Source: Heteronotia binoei (taxonomy: Eukaryota). From it: a stretch of 64,000 nucleotides of DNA. Shown one piece after another: positions 1 to 11,200 of the stretch. Location: assembly GCF_032191835.1 (NCBI RefSeq), contig NC_083224.1, positions 123,504,001-123,568,000 of the forward strand. Direction: 5' to 3'. Within the stretch, counting starts at the first letter, position 1. Each line of letters starts with the position of its first letter. A model generated the notes under the pieces. It was not told where the DNA came from. It made no database searches and worked only from the letters and a program-made list of their open reading frames with translations. Made by a program: the position numbers and the translations under genes.

Positions 1-413
1 CAAATACAATAGCTTTGAAATTACTTGATATTTTGGAATTATGATTGGACACAGTATCTGAGTATTGGACATCTGTGGAAAAGCTATGGAGGATTTGGCT
101 GGTATTCTACTTTTTCCCCCTTCATAATTTACTCTGAGGGTCACCACCTTGTAATTCATAACACATGTAGAATGTTCCTAACTCCTTGTTTTTCTGTGGA
201 TTTTTTGTTTTTATTAGATAATGCCATTATGGCAAATTCCACTTTGTGCGGAGATACTCAAGACTTTGCAAATTTTAAAACAATAATTAGACAAACTAAA
301 ATTAATTTGCAGCCACGCTTACATAAATGTAGCGAACCTACAGTAGTAAATAAAATATTATTAAAAATACTTGGGTTGGAAAAGTTGTATCCATGATCAA
401 ATTAAACTTCCTA

Positions 414-492
414 GTAAAAGGTAAAGGTAGTTCCTGTGCAAGCACCAGTCGTTTTCGACTCTGGGGTGATGTTGCTTTCACAACGTTTTCAC
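414..492. mobile_element. Sauria-type SINE / BovB-related fragment
   Basis: gtaaaggtaaaggtagttcctgtgcaagcaccagtcgttttcgactctggggtgatgttgctttcacaacgttttcac matches the recalled end of squamate Sauria SINE-like repeats. Confidence 0.7.
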
Positions 493-2178
493 TGTAAACT
501 TTCCAGCTTTATTTTTTCCCTCAAAAAGTTCAAGTGTAAAATGATATAGCTGAATACTTAAAAGGCATCACCACTGCTTAATGTATTAGATTTCTTCAGT
601 AATGCCCAGGAAATCAGGCCTTGGTTTGCATAAGCTCTAGCTTTGCAGACTAGTGACTGGTAACTTTTGGTGAAACATATTTTATTTTATCAAACAAACA
701 TTTGTAGCTCTAGTTAGGAGAGGCTGAAAAATGAGTGGTTTCTGCTAGATATGTAGGATCTGTTTTGAGAAATCATGTTGCCATGTTTCGCATAGTTCAA
801 ATATGAATTATGATGGTGAAGTCTAAATGTTTAAAAAGAGGGATATATGAAAGTACATAAAAAAAAACTTTTAGCATGAACTTTCTTTACACTACACTTT
901 ACAAAATCCCTTAAGTAATTAGTAACTCCTATGTACTATTAATACTTTTTTTACTGATATAAGGAGAAATTTCTTTTTATAGCGTGTCCATTTTAGAAAG
1001 CTCAGAAAGAGAAAATATGACTGTATAAAAATAGCATTCCTCTGCAGGCTTTTTTTAAAATGAAGAGCTGTGTGGACTCTGCTCCCTGTTAATGCCCTGC
1101 TTAACCCCAAGGCATTTCCTGCCTGCTGTATGATAGTTGACAGGGAAAGATGCCTTAATGTGAACCTTCTGTGTACCCCAGCCATGATAAAATTAAATAC
1201 TTCACTTTGTCAGATCTTTTAAAGCAAAAGCAATCACAGAGAGTTTGTTGGCTGGGGCGAGGGAGAGAAAGCAGAGGGCTGATAGTAATTTATTGCTTGT
1301 GCTCTTTCATTTGTCATCATTCTGTAATACCACTTTGTAGGCAGCAATGCATTACTTTTAAAAACCAAACCAAACCAAACTATGACCATTTAGTGACATA
1401 TACCAGTCTGTCTTTTAAAAAGTTTTGAAAATATACTTCTAAAATGGGGGAAAGAAAGCATATCAGTACAACAGCCGTTATTTTACTTTTCTACCTGCGT
1501 ATTTCTTCCTCTTCACAAGCTATGACAAAAGTACTGTTTGTTGAAGATCCTGGTTACAGATTCTGCTTTTTTTTTTTTTACTGTTTGGATCCCCTGGTTG
1601 TGAGTCTAGAACTTTATAGGAACACTCCAGCCAGATAGCTGCTTCTTTGAGAAGGAATTTGCCACTTTCTAGTGATATTAGTGTGCTGCAGGTAAGCCAA
1701 GAGCACTCCTTCAATGTCTGGGGTAAGTCAGAACTCACCATGTCTCCCACCCCACCCCACCCCAAGGATCAATTCGGTGACATTAGCTTGATGAGGCCAG
1801 CTTGTAGAGAAAGGTAAGCGAGAAAGTCTATCAAAGCCAAAGGAACGAATGGCAAAACATTTATATTTTGTCTGCAAACAAATCCATATAGATCAAACAA
1901 GGTGAAAACCACAGCATATAGGAACCTAAAGGAAAACACAACTTTCAAGACTTTATACATCCTCCTCCAGGTTTCCTTTCCATGGCAGACCTTAGGCAGG
2001 GCAGAAGAGACACAAAGGCATGCACCTTTCTGGTCCATATTTCAAGAGGTTCCTGAGAATCAAAGAGTTCTTTTGTGGACTAGTCGGCAACTAGGATTCC
2101 TTTAAGGCATGGGATGCAAAGGAAGGGGAGAATGCACATGGGTGAAATACTTGGATCTTCTTCGTGGTCTCTGTGCAT

Positions 2179-2324
2179 TCACACATATGGGTAATCCGCA
2201 GGATAGGCCCTGACCTCGGAGAGTTCAAAGCAATCTTGATCGTAGATCTGGCGCGCCTCCCACTCGTCCTGGGGAGGAGGCACCTACTGCGCATGCCTGG
2301 ACGAGAGGGAGGTGCTTAGCCACT
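2179..2324 (+). repeat. DIRS left inverted terminal repeat
   Basis: Exact reverse complement of 7946-8091. Confidence 0.95.
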
Positions 2325-2517
2325 TCTTCCTTACCGCCGAACGGATCGCACCTCCCTCGTTGATCTCCAACTTCTTCATTGCAATCTTCACATCCACCTT
2401 CTCTTCACTTCAATCCTTCATCTTCTACACTTCTCCTGGTATCGTATAAAAAAAACAAAACAAAAAACCTCTCTTTACTAGTTTTCCGGACTTTCTCCCT
2501 CCCCCCCCCCCGGGCGG

Positions 2518-4758
2518 ATGGAAGGAAGGGACAAAATAACTTTCAAACGCTGCACCCGCTGCTCCTCCAAAATCCCTTCGTCCGACGGTCACTCTCTCTG
2601 CCTATTTTGTCTCGGAGAGGCCCATCGCACGGACTCCTGCGTACACTGCAGCCAATTTGGCAAACAGGCCCGCAAGAATCGCGCTGCGAGGCTCAGGAGC
2701 CATCTTATGGAAACCTCCCTCCGACCGACCATGCCGCATGGCGGACAACAACAACTCGCGCCATCTTCCCCACTTCTCGCGGGAGAGACGCAGTCGGCAG
2801 CTTCCGTGGCTCAAGGTCCCTGCAAGCCTAAGTCCGGCAAGCACACCAAGAAGTCGGATGACTCTAAAAAGCGCCACCGATCCGATTCCGCCCACGCGGA
2901 CCCGACGGGCAGTGCCAGCTCAAAGAAGTCTAAGACCGGACACCAACCCTCAGAACAAACCGGACAACACTCGAGCTCGAACCCTACCACGGGCTCGACC
3001 ACAACCAAACCGAAGGCATCAAACCCGACCGCAAGCGGCTCCGGCTCGATCCCGAAAACTCCGGCATCGAAGTCGACAACAACACCGCCGATTACACCAC
3101 TAGAAATCGTGCGCATCTCATCCAGGTCTCCGTCGATTCCGAACTCTCCACCGGATCAGATACTGGAGACCCACTCTCCTATCTCCGCTAGGAGCCACCG
3201 CCCTCTCGACCCCCGTCAATTTGTAGATCTCTCGCAGCCGCTGAATGCCCATTCTCTGACCAGAGAACTCTCGACCCCGAGAGTCCTCCCAACCAGACCA
3301 AGGTCCCGCAGCCGCCGACGGTCCCACAGCCGCCGCAGGGGGAGATACTACTACTACTCCCCGTCGAGGTCCAGGTCCCCGTCTCCACGGGACCGAAGAA
3401 GATACCGACGATCGCCCTCCTCCGACGCCTACCACGCGGACCCGAGGGACCGCCACTACCGCAGCTATCACGAATCTCCTCGGTACCGAGATCGCATCGA
3501 CAGACCTGACCGGAGTCGATACCGTGACATCTCTCCGCGCAGACACCACCCTGATTTAGAGAGACCTCTTCGGCTCCGTGACGACCCCGTGCGTCCCACC
3601 ACCGAACCGAAACTTCCTTCACCATTCGAACCTGTACAAGTGGCTCCCAACAAACAGCCAGCACTCCAACCCCAGCCTGAACCGCACCAAGGAACCGATG
3701 ACGATTCCGAGGCGGAACTCTCCGACTCCGACCACTCTTCGGGTTCGGACCTACAATCTCCGGACTCCGATATAGCCAAACCAGCAGACCTATCACCATC
3801 AGAGGGTCCAAAGTCATACCTCGACCTCGTTTCGAATATGGCAAATTCACTAAACCTCAAACTCAACACAGACGCGCCCAGAGTCTCGGACGTCGTATTC
3901 GACCTCGTGCATGCAGACCTTCCGTCGAGCTTCTCCCTCCCCATGCTCCCCGTCCTCCTTGAAACGCTCAAGGAAGCATGGGACAAGCCGGCATCGGTAC
4001 CACCAACATCCAAGAGGGTTGAAGCCCTTTACAAAATACACGCACCAGACTCTAAGTTTCTATTCACCCACCCGGCTCCGAACTCGATCATCGTCCACTC
4101 CTCCTCGAAGTCGAAGCAAACGAGACACCCAGTGCCCCCAGAACGAGAAGGCAAGAAGCTCGACACTATCGGGAGGAAGATATACTCCCTCACCACGGCC
4201 ACGACTAAGATACACAATTACATGGCGTGCTTCTCAGCATACGCCTATAACTTGACCACCTTCCTCAGCACGTTAATCCCCTCGCTGCCTGAGACATCCC
4301 AGAAACCAGCGACCAACGCCCTGCAGGAGCTGGCCAGAGTGAGCAAGCAGCAGATCAATACAGCTCGTCACGCTGCACAGTGTTCCTCCAAAACCTTGGC
4401 CTCAGCCATAGCCCTACGCAGACACGCGTGGCTTAGATCCTCATCCCTCCAACCTGACATCAAGTACAAGGTTGAGGATCTACCTTTCGATGGCCTTGGT
4501 TTATTTAACACAACTACAGATGACATCCTCACATCAGTAGACGATGGCAGGAAGAGGGCAAAACGACTGGGAGTCTCGCAACACCAAGCCCAATTCAATC
4601 GACAGAGGAGTTGGAGACCCAGCCACTACAAAGGAACCAGGTCTCCAAGACAGCAGGAACCATGGAGACGTAAACCACAGCCCAAACCCTCCTTCCAACA
4701 CAGGTCACGCCCTCAAACAACTAAGAAACCTGCAGCTACCTCCAAGCCGTCTCTTTGA
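2518..4758 (+). CDS. DIRS ORF1 gag-like protein (746 aa)
   Basis: Intact ORF with an N-terminal Cys/His zinc-binding cluster (CTRC...HSLCLFC...H...CVHC), an RS-rich low-complexity region and a LAP2alpha-like C-terminal domain (LPMLPVLLETLKEAWDKP...HPAPNSIIV...KKLDTIGRKIY) typical of vertebrate DIRS gag. Confidence 0.9.
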   Translation: MEGRDKITFKRCTRCSSKIPSSDGHSLCLFCLGEAHRTDSCVHCSQFGKQARKNRAARLRSHLMETSLRPTMPHGGQQQLAPSSPLLAGETQSAASVAQGPCKPKSGKHTKKSDDSKKRHRSDSAHADPTGSASSKKSKTGHQPSEQTGQHSSSNPTTGSTTTKPKASNPTASGSGSIPKTPASKSTTTPPITPLEIVRISSRSPSIPNSPPDQILETHSPISARSHRPLDPRQFVDLSQPLNAHSLTRELSTPRVLPTRPRSRSRRRSHSRRRGRYYYYSPSRSRSPSPRDRRRYRRSPSSDAYHADPRDRHYRSYHESPRYRDRIDRPDRSRYRDISPRRHHPDLERPLRLRDDPVRPTTEPKLPSPFEPVQVAPNKQPALQPQPEPHQGTDDDSEAELSDSDHSSGSDLQSPDSDIAKPADLSPSEGPKSYLDLVSNMANSLNLKLNTDAPRVSDVVFDLVHADLPSSFSLPMLPVLLETLKEAWDKPASVPPTSKRVEALYKIHAPDSKFLFTHPAPNSIIVHSSSKSKQTRHPVPPEREGKKLDTIGRKIYSLTTATTKIHNYMACFSAYAYNLTTFLSTLIPSLPETSQKPATNALQELARVSKQQINTARHAAQCSSKTLASAIALRRHAWLRSSSLQPDIKYKVEDLPFDGLGLFNTTTDDILTSVDDGRKRAKRLGVSQHQAQFNRQRSWRPSHYKGTRSPRQQEPWRRKPQPKPSFQHRSRPQTTKKPAATSKPSL

Positions 4759-6667
4759 CCATCCTGCCCCGAGTCGTCCAGTTTCCCCCCATCAGCCAAA
4801 CCCTCACACACACACCCGACTGCAACCATTCTACCCTGCCTGGAGGGCCATAACATCGGACTCCTGGGTCCTCGCCGTCATACAAAGGGGCTACCTAATA
4901 GAATTTACATCCACTCCGAAACACCACAGATTCCTCACCACACCTCCGTCCACACCTCTGCAGGCGGAAATCGCATCTTTGCTGGACAAGGGCGCGATAG
5001 AACCAGTTCCACCTCAATACCATCGCACCGGATTCTACTCCCGCTACTTCCTGGTGCCGAAAAAGGATGGAGGACTCCGCCCCATCCTCGACCTCCGCAA
5101 ACTCAACCTGCACATAACCTACAAGAAATTCCGTATGATCACACTCCAGGCAATTCTTCCGCTCATCCCAGAACAATCATGGATGGCGTCCATAGACCTT
5201 CAGGATGCCTATTTCCACATTACAATCAATCATCACCACAGAAGGTTTCTCAGGTTCGCCATCGGGGAACAGCACTTCCAGTTCTGCTCCCTCCCATTCG
5301 GCCTCTCCACAGCCCCAAGGGTCTTCACCAAGTGTATGGCAGTGGTAGCCGCCACACTACGTCAGCAACAGATATCAATTTACCCATACATAGACGACTG
5401 GCTGATCGTCGCCCATTCAAGGGAACAATTGCAACTGGACGTCTCCACTACCCTCTCTCTCCTGGCCACCCTAGGCCTCCAAGTCAACCTATCAAAGTCC
5501 AAACTGGTTCCCACCCAGAGAATCCAGTTCATAGGAGCAGACATCTCCACAGTCTCTCAAACAGCTTCCCTACCTCAGGACAGAGTACGCAGCATACAGT
5601 CTCTGGCCAACGCCATCATCGCCCAGCGCTCCCAAACAGCTCTCACATTTCAGAGAATGCTAGGCCTCATGGCAGCAACCACCGCAGTTCTACGTTTCGC
5701 AAAGCTGCACATGCGACCCCTGCAAATGTGGTTCGTCAGGACCTTCCGTCCTCACACACAGCACCAGTCCACACTACTCACCCTTCCGCTACACATCGTG
5801 ACATCCCTCAAATGGTAGACAATGGAACATCACCTCCACAGGGGCATGCCATTCAAACAGCTACCCCCCTCGGTGATTGTCACCACAGATGCCTCCAAGT
5901 GGGGATGGGGAGCCCACTTGGGAACCCTCACGGTGCAGGGCCAATGGTCAGACTACGAACGCTCTCTCCACATAAACTGCCTAGAGCTCCTCGCAGTGCA
6001 CAAGGCTCTACGCTCCTTCCTCCCATCGCTGAGGCACCGACATGTCCAGGTCACCTCCGACAACATCGCCACGGTCTTCTACATCAACAGGCAGGGAGGC
6101 ACCGCCTCCATCAGACTCTGCAAGAGGGCTTTGGCGTTGTGGCATTGGAGCATAAGCCAGGGCATCTTCCTCACGGCTGTTCACCTACCAGGAGCCGAAA
6201 ACACCCAGGCAGATGCCCTGAGCCGCCGCTCGACCAACAACCACGAGTGGTCCATCAACAGCCGCTACATCCGACAGATCTTCAGCATCTTCGGAACCCC
6301 GAAAATAGATGTATTTGCTTCACCGTCAAATGCCCAATGCACCCACTTCTACATGAGAGGTCCTCCATCCCAGCTCTCCAAGGGGGACGCTTTCCTCCAA
6401 ACTTGGAAGGGGGCACTCCACTACCTCTTTCCCCCCGTTCCACTCATCACCAGAGTCCTACAGAAGATTCAGCTGGACCGCACGGATTGCATCCTAATAA
6501 CCCCGTGGTGGCCGCGCCAACCATGGTTTACAACCTTGCTGCTTCTGTCCAACAATACATTCCTCCAACTTCCTCAAGCACAGGACCTCCTCTCCCAACA
6601 GGACGGCAGGGTCCTTCATCACAACCCGGCATCATTCAAACTGACAGCCTGGAGGATCAGTTCCTAG
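4544..6667 (+). pseudogene. DIRS ORF2: reverse transcriptase - RNase H - Dam-like methyltransferase domain, one premature stop
   Basis: RT motifs YFLVPKKDGGLRPILDLR, DLQDAYFH, LPFGL and YIDDW; RNase H TTDASKWGWG, HINCLELLAV and SDN; MT-like IDVFAS...YLFPP...PWWPRQPW. A TAG at 5816-5818 falls where conserved KW(W)T is expected. Confidence 0.92.
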
Positions 6668-7678
6668 AGTTTCCCCCTGATGTCCGCCAGGTCTTAGTGA
6701 ACTCCAGAAAGCCATCCACTAGAAAATCCTATCTGCTTAAGTGGAAACGCTTCTCCCACTATGCCTCCCAACACAACTTCGACCCTGGCTGCGCCACCAT
6801 ACCCCAGGTGCTAGCTTACACCCTAACACTCTCTAGGGCGGGACTCTCATACTCTTCGCTAAAGGTACACCTGGCAGCCATCTCTGCCTTCCACCCCCGC
6901 ATCGGGGGCATGACAGTTTTTTCTCACCATGCTACCAGAGCCTTCCTCAAGGGCATCATTCGCCTACACCCACCAATCAAACAAATCCTTCCTACCTGGA
7001 GTCTTTCTCTCTTCCTAAGCCAGCTCATGAAGCCACCCTTTGAGCCCATGGCTTCTATTCCACTACACCTGCTATCATGGAAAACAGCGTTACTCACGGC
7101 TCTCACCACAGGTAAGAGGGCCAGCGACATCTGTGCACTCAGGGCGGACCCACCATACATGATCTTTCATAACAGCACGGTGGTCCTCCGACCCGACCTT
7201 CCTGCCAAAGGTCGTATCTCCCTTTCACCTGGGAAGACAATCAACCATACCAGCCTTCTTCCAGCACCTCGCGGATGCAGGACAAAGGGCGCTCCACAAC
7301 TTGGACGCACGTAGGGCCCTAGCTTTCTACATAGACAGGACCCGACAGTTCCGTAAGGACCCAAGACTCTTTGTCACCTACGCCGCCCACAATAAGGGCA
7401 GCAAATTATCTACTCAGAGACTTTCCAAGTGGCTTGTTGCCGCCATTGAACTCTGCTACCAACTGGCGAAACAGCCAGTCCCTCAACACATACGAGCTCA
7501 CTCGACCAGAGCCGTCGCTACCTCGTCGGCCTTCATGAAAGGCATCCCTATAGAGGACATCTGCGCCGCCGCCGTCTGGTCCTCTACATCTACCTTCGCC
7601 TCGCACTACGCTCTTGACGTCCGTGCCCGGCGTGATGCCTCCTTCGGACAAGCAGTGCTGCGCTCCATCTTCGATTAA
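6668..7678 (+). pseudogene. DIRS tyrosine recombinase (C-terminal part of ORF3), one frameshift near 7198
   Basis: RKPSTRKSYLLKWKRF, LTTGKRASDI (catalytic R), then a shifted frame FLPKVVSPFH...LHNLDARRAL...RAHSTR...W...HYALD (HxxR and catalytic Y). Confidence 0.92.
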
Positions 7679-7772
7679 CTACTGTGAGTACTATCCTCAT
7701 TACGTTTTTGTCCTAACCATACATATTCTTACAGATCCAGCACCCACCTCCGAAAGAATAGCTCGCTAATCA

Positions 7773-7867
7773 CCCATATGTGTGAATGCACAGAGACCAC
7801 GAAGAAGATGGACAGGTTTCTTACCTGTAACTGGTGATCTTCGAGTGGTCATCTGTGCAATCACACA
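7773..7867 (+). repeat. DIRS internal complementary region (ICR)
   Basis: 7773-7809 is the exact reverse complement of 2155-2191, and 7810-7867 is the exact reverse complement of 8085-8142; together they spell the circle junction. Confidence 0.95.
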
Positions 7868-7945
7868 GACCCACCCAGCCTTCCCCGCTGCTGGACGCTC
7901 ATCTAGCACATTTGTTTCCACCTGTCCGGCGGCGGGAAGAAACTG

Positions 7946-8142
7946 AGTGGCTAAGCACCTCCCTCTCGTCCAGGCATGCGCAGTAGGTGCCTCCTCCCCA
8001 GGACGAGTGGGAGGCGCGCCAGATCTACGATCAAGATTGCTTTGAACTCTCCGAGGTCAGGGCCTATCCTGCGGATTACCCATATGTGTGATTGCACAGA
8101 TGACCACTCGAAGATCACCAGTTACAGGTAAGAAACCTGTCC
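7946..8142 (+). repeat. DIRS right ITR plus right extension
   Basis: 7946-8091 is the reverse complement of the left ITR; 8085-8142 is complementary to the ICR. Confidence 0.95.
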
Positions 8143-9095
8143 TTGTCATTGACTTCCCCATGTAAATTGATAGTTTACAGGTAATTAAAACAGATGGTCA
8201 AGGTGTTGACATCTACATGCCACTTTTCCTTCCCCACCTCCATTTAGGATGCTTATCTGTTTTATCTCTCTCTAAAAGTTTTTGAGCCTCACTCCAAGCA
8301 GGACAGGCCTATTTCTTCCTGAAACACAGATGTATTTTTAAACATCATTCACTAAAACCTTATGATACATTTCTAACATGATGGTGATCTGCAGGGAGTA
8401 GCAATGTGCTGATACAGTCAAAAGAAGGAGGATTCTTGCCCTTTCCTGGAAGTGCATGTGCACAATGGTGGAGGCAGGAGGTGAGTCAGACAGTTTCATT
8501 AAGCTATGCAGTTGGTGACTACATAGTTGCCCTTGATGACATCAGCAGTGTGTCAGGGGGAAATAGCTGTTAAGTCAGAAACCTTGTATTTACCTAATTC
8601 TAACAGAGGTGCCTCCAACCTCCACCGCTTCTTTCTGATAACAGGTGAAGGTAGGTATTTTCTTCATCCCCACCAATGGAGGAGAAAGTAGAAGAGGAAG
8701 GGAGAAAGGCTTCTGTCTGGAAAAAGCCATAACAAATAGGAAAGTTTGAAGGACACATTTAAACATAGTAAGTCAAAGAGCAAGATGCATTTAAATATAG
8801 CAAGCCAAAGGCTTGGACTAAATAGAAATCAGTGGTCTAAAATAAGTAAATAAAGTGTTCTTAAATTCAAATGTGATTTTAAAAAAATTAAATTATTTTA
8901 GGTGCTTTTTTTAGCTGTAATCTAGTTAATATGAAATCTGAACATCAGGCACACTCATATTCTTAAAAGTGAATTTATTACTCTCCTGTGAATTGTGAAA
9001 GGCTGTCTTTTCTTTCCAAACAAAAAATGTGTGTGTGGGGATTAATCATATAGTACAGTAGTTCAGGACCTGATGCTCGGCATAGGTATCACTGA

Positions 9096-9538
9096 TGTAG
9101 CAGGAAAATAACAGAGCCGCACACATTACTGGTATGAAGCGAGGTATTTTACTTCTGGTACCATAAGCAGGGTCCAGTTGAGCATCATAGCTCCAAAATA
9201 CTGAACCTCCCCCCTGATCTTCAGACCGTCTTTTTAAGCACAAAGCAAGCCTAGCAGGCAGGCTTCACAAGTTTATCTGATTCAACATTCCCCACCCCTT
9301 TGTTCTTCTAGTACTTTTCCATACCTCCTGTCTCCATGTTTTATCAGCTCTGGCAAGAAACTCTTCAGTGAGGCCCCTTTGTGTTATCCTAATACAGATC
9401 TGTGAGCCCACACCCACTGAAGGCTGTCTGTGCTTCTAACGAACATTGCATCAGACACCCTCTTTTTGAAGACAGAAGCATGCTTTCATTCATTATTATA
9501 GCGGTATTCATTAATTATTCAGGGGTTCCCCTTCACTG
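9096..9538 (-). repeat. ERV 3' LTR
   Basis: Direct repeat of 16260-16713; minus strand has TATA-like cttaaaaag and AGTAAA poly(A)-like signal; purine run aagggggg adjacent as the PPT. Confidence 0.9.
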
Positions 9539-11200
9539 CCCCCTTGCAAACTCTGAAAGCTTATTTAAGCCTGAAAGAGTCTGACCATCATTACACAAAT
9601 TAATGAAATATTGTTTCCTTTCCTCTGGAGACATGTACAAGATGCTGACTTTTTTTTCAAAGGAAGTAACTGCCTTTACAGCATTTTTAATACTGTACCT
9701 TATAACAGGAATTAAACATGACAATAGCCCTAAACCTCCTAAGGAAAGACCAATTAAGAATAAAATACGCTTCCAATCTCCCATAATTTGTCCAAACCAT
9801 GATGTATCCAAATTTTTCCATGTTTACACTGGTACATGAGCAGTTTTACGAATTTCAGATGCTATATTCTGCACAGCCTCTCCATTATCATCTATATTAA
9901 GTCTGCAATTTGAAAGATTAAACTTCCCACAGACACCACCTTCTTCAGCCAGCAAATAATCCAGAGCCAAACAGCTCTGATATATGGCTGCACGCATCTG
10001 GGTCTGCTGTCTAGCCAACAGTTCTAAAGCCATGGCTGTTTGATTAGTAATAATTTCTACCACAGCTTGCAATCTAATAATACGGTTAAGCATATACACA
10101 GGCGTTCTGTAACCCCAAGGCCCATCTTGTGCCCAAGTAGCTGGGCCATAGTATTCAATGATCTGCTGTGGGGGCAATTCATCTCCCCACTGTGTACCGC
10201 CGATGTCCAAGAAACGTTTTGAGCTAACATAATCATCAAACACTGGAGTCTCCAAAGCAGAACCAACATTTAATGGCAAAAGAAAGAAGCCGGGATGTAT
10301 TGTTCCAATAATGCAAGTTCCATGCCATCTCCTGGGCAGGAGTGTATAAGCCCTTTTACCGCAGATCCAATATAACCCTTCAGGAGCCATCCATTGCTCA
10401 GAGGAATCCGAAGCAGCATTAGAATATTTATTTATACTGCTAACATTTTCCCATGGCTGAAAATCTTCTGTAACAGTGCCATTCGCCTCTACCCATTTCG
10501 GTTTTTCCTTACCGGAGCTAACTAACAAAGTTCGGTGGCACGAAATGTGCCCAATATGCTTTCCATTCGTCCAAAGCACAGCCCGGGAAAATCATAATTC
10601 TCCATTCACCACTGTCTGCAATTCCCAGATCTTTCTCTCTTCTGGCCTTGACTCTGATCTAGGTTTATTCCATCGGACTAGGTCAGAAGGCAAGACCTCA
10701 GTGCCAATCCAAAGCCATCTCTCACTCATTAGTGGACCTCCGTACACCCAACAGTTTGAAATATTTAGGGAGGCGGCTATTTGTTCAGCTAATGCTATAA
10801 AAAGATTACTGGAATGACAAATTTCTCGTTGTCCTGAGCATCATTAAGCACAGTCTTATACAAAAATTTCTTATTCTCCTGGACAAGTAGTTTAGGCTTA
10901 GGGTTGGGCTTTTTTACCTGGTTAGACTTTAAATCAACCACCCAGCATACCCACTGTGACGTCGGGCAGCGGAAACTTCCTCTAAAAGCTATTGTCCTGC
11001 TTGATCCAGGATATTCTATTTTTGCTTGATAATAAGACACTCCACGTTCTACATGAACTATCTGAGTGTTAGGTTTTATGCAGACTCCATGCACTCCCCT
11101 AGATTGAACACGCAACATAAGTTTAGAATCCTTTCCTTCCTAGCATCTAGTACATCTCACTTCTTGAGTACAGTACATTGGCACACTAGCAAGAATATAG
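9533..11200 (-). pseudogene. ERV env, ERV3/HERV-R-like, frameshifted
   Basis: APEGLYWICG...YYGPATWAQDGPWGYRTPVYMLNRIIRLQAVVEIITNQT...LALDYLLAEEGGVCGKFNLSNC (immunosuppressive domain plus CX6CC-like motif), followed by the TM anchor ORF 9533-9811. Confidence 0.88.

Larger units (their letters stand above)
2155..8142 (+). mobile_element. Full-length DIRS1-like tyrosine-recombinase retrotransposon (ITR/ICR type)
   Basis: Perfect 146-bp inverted terminal repeats (2179-2324 / 7946-8091). The ICR (7773-7867) is exactly complementary to both termini. Gag, RT-RNaseH-MT and YR ORFs occur in DIRS order, and there is no TSD. Confidence 0.97.

Noticed and set aside
2602-4598. Numerous minus-strand and alternative-frame ORFs over DIRS gag
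   Set aside because: Shadow ORFs caused by GC-rich, stop-poor coding sequence; no motifs.
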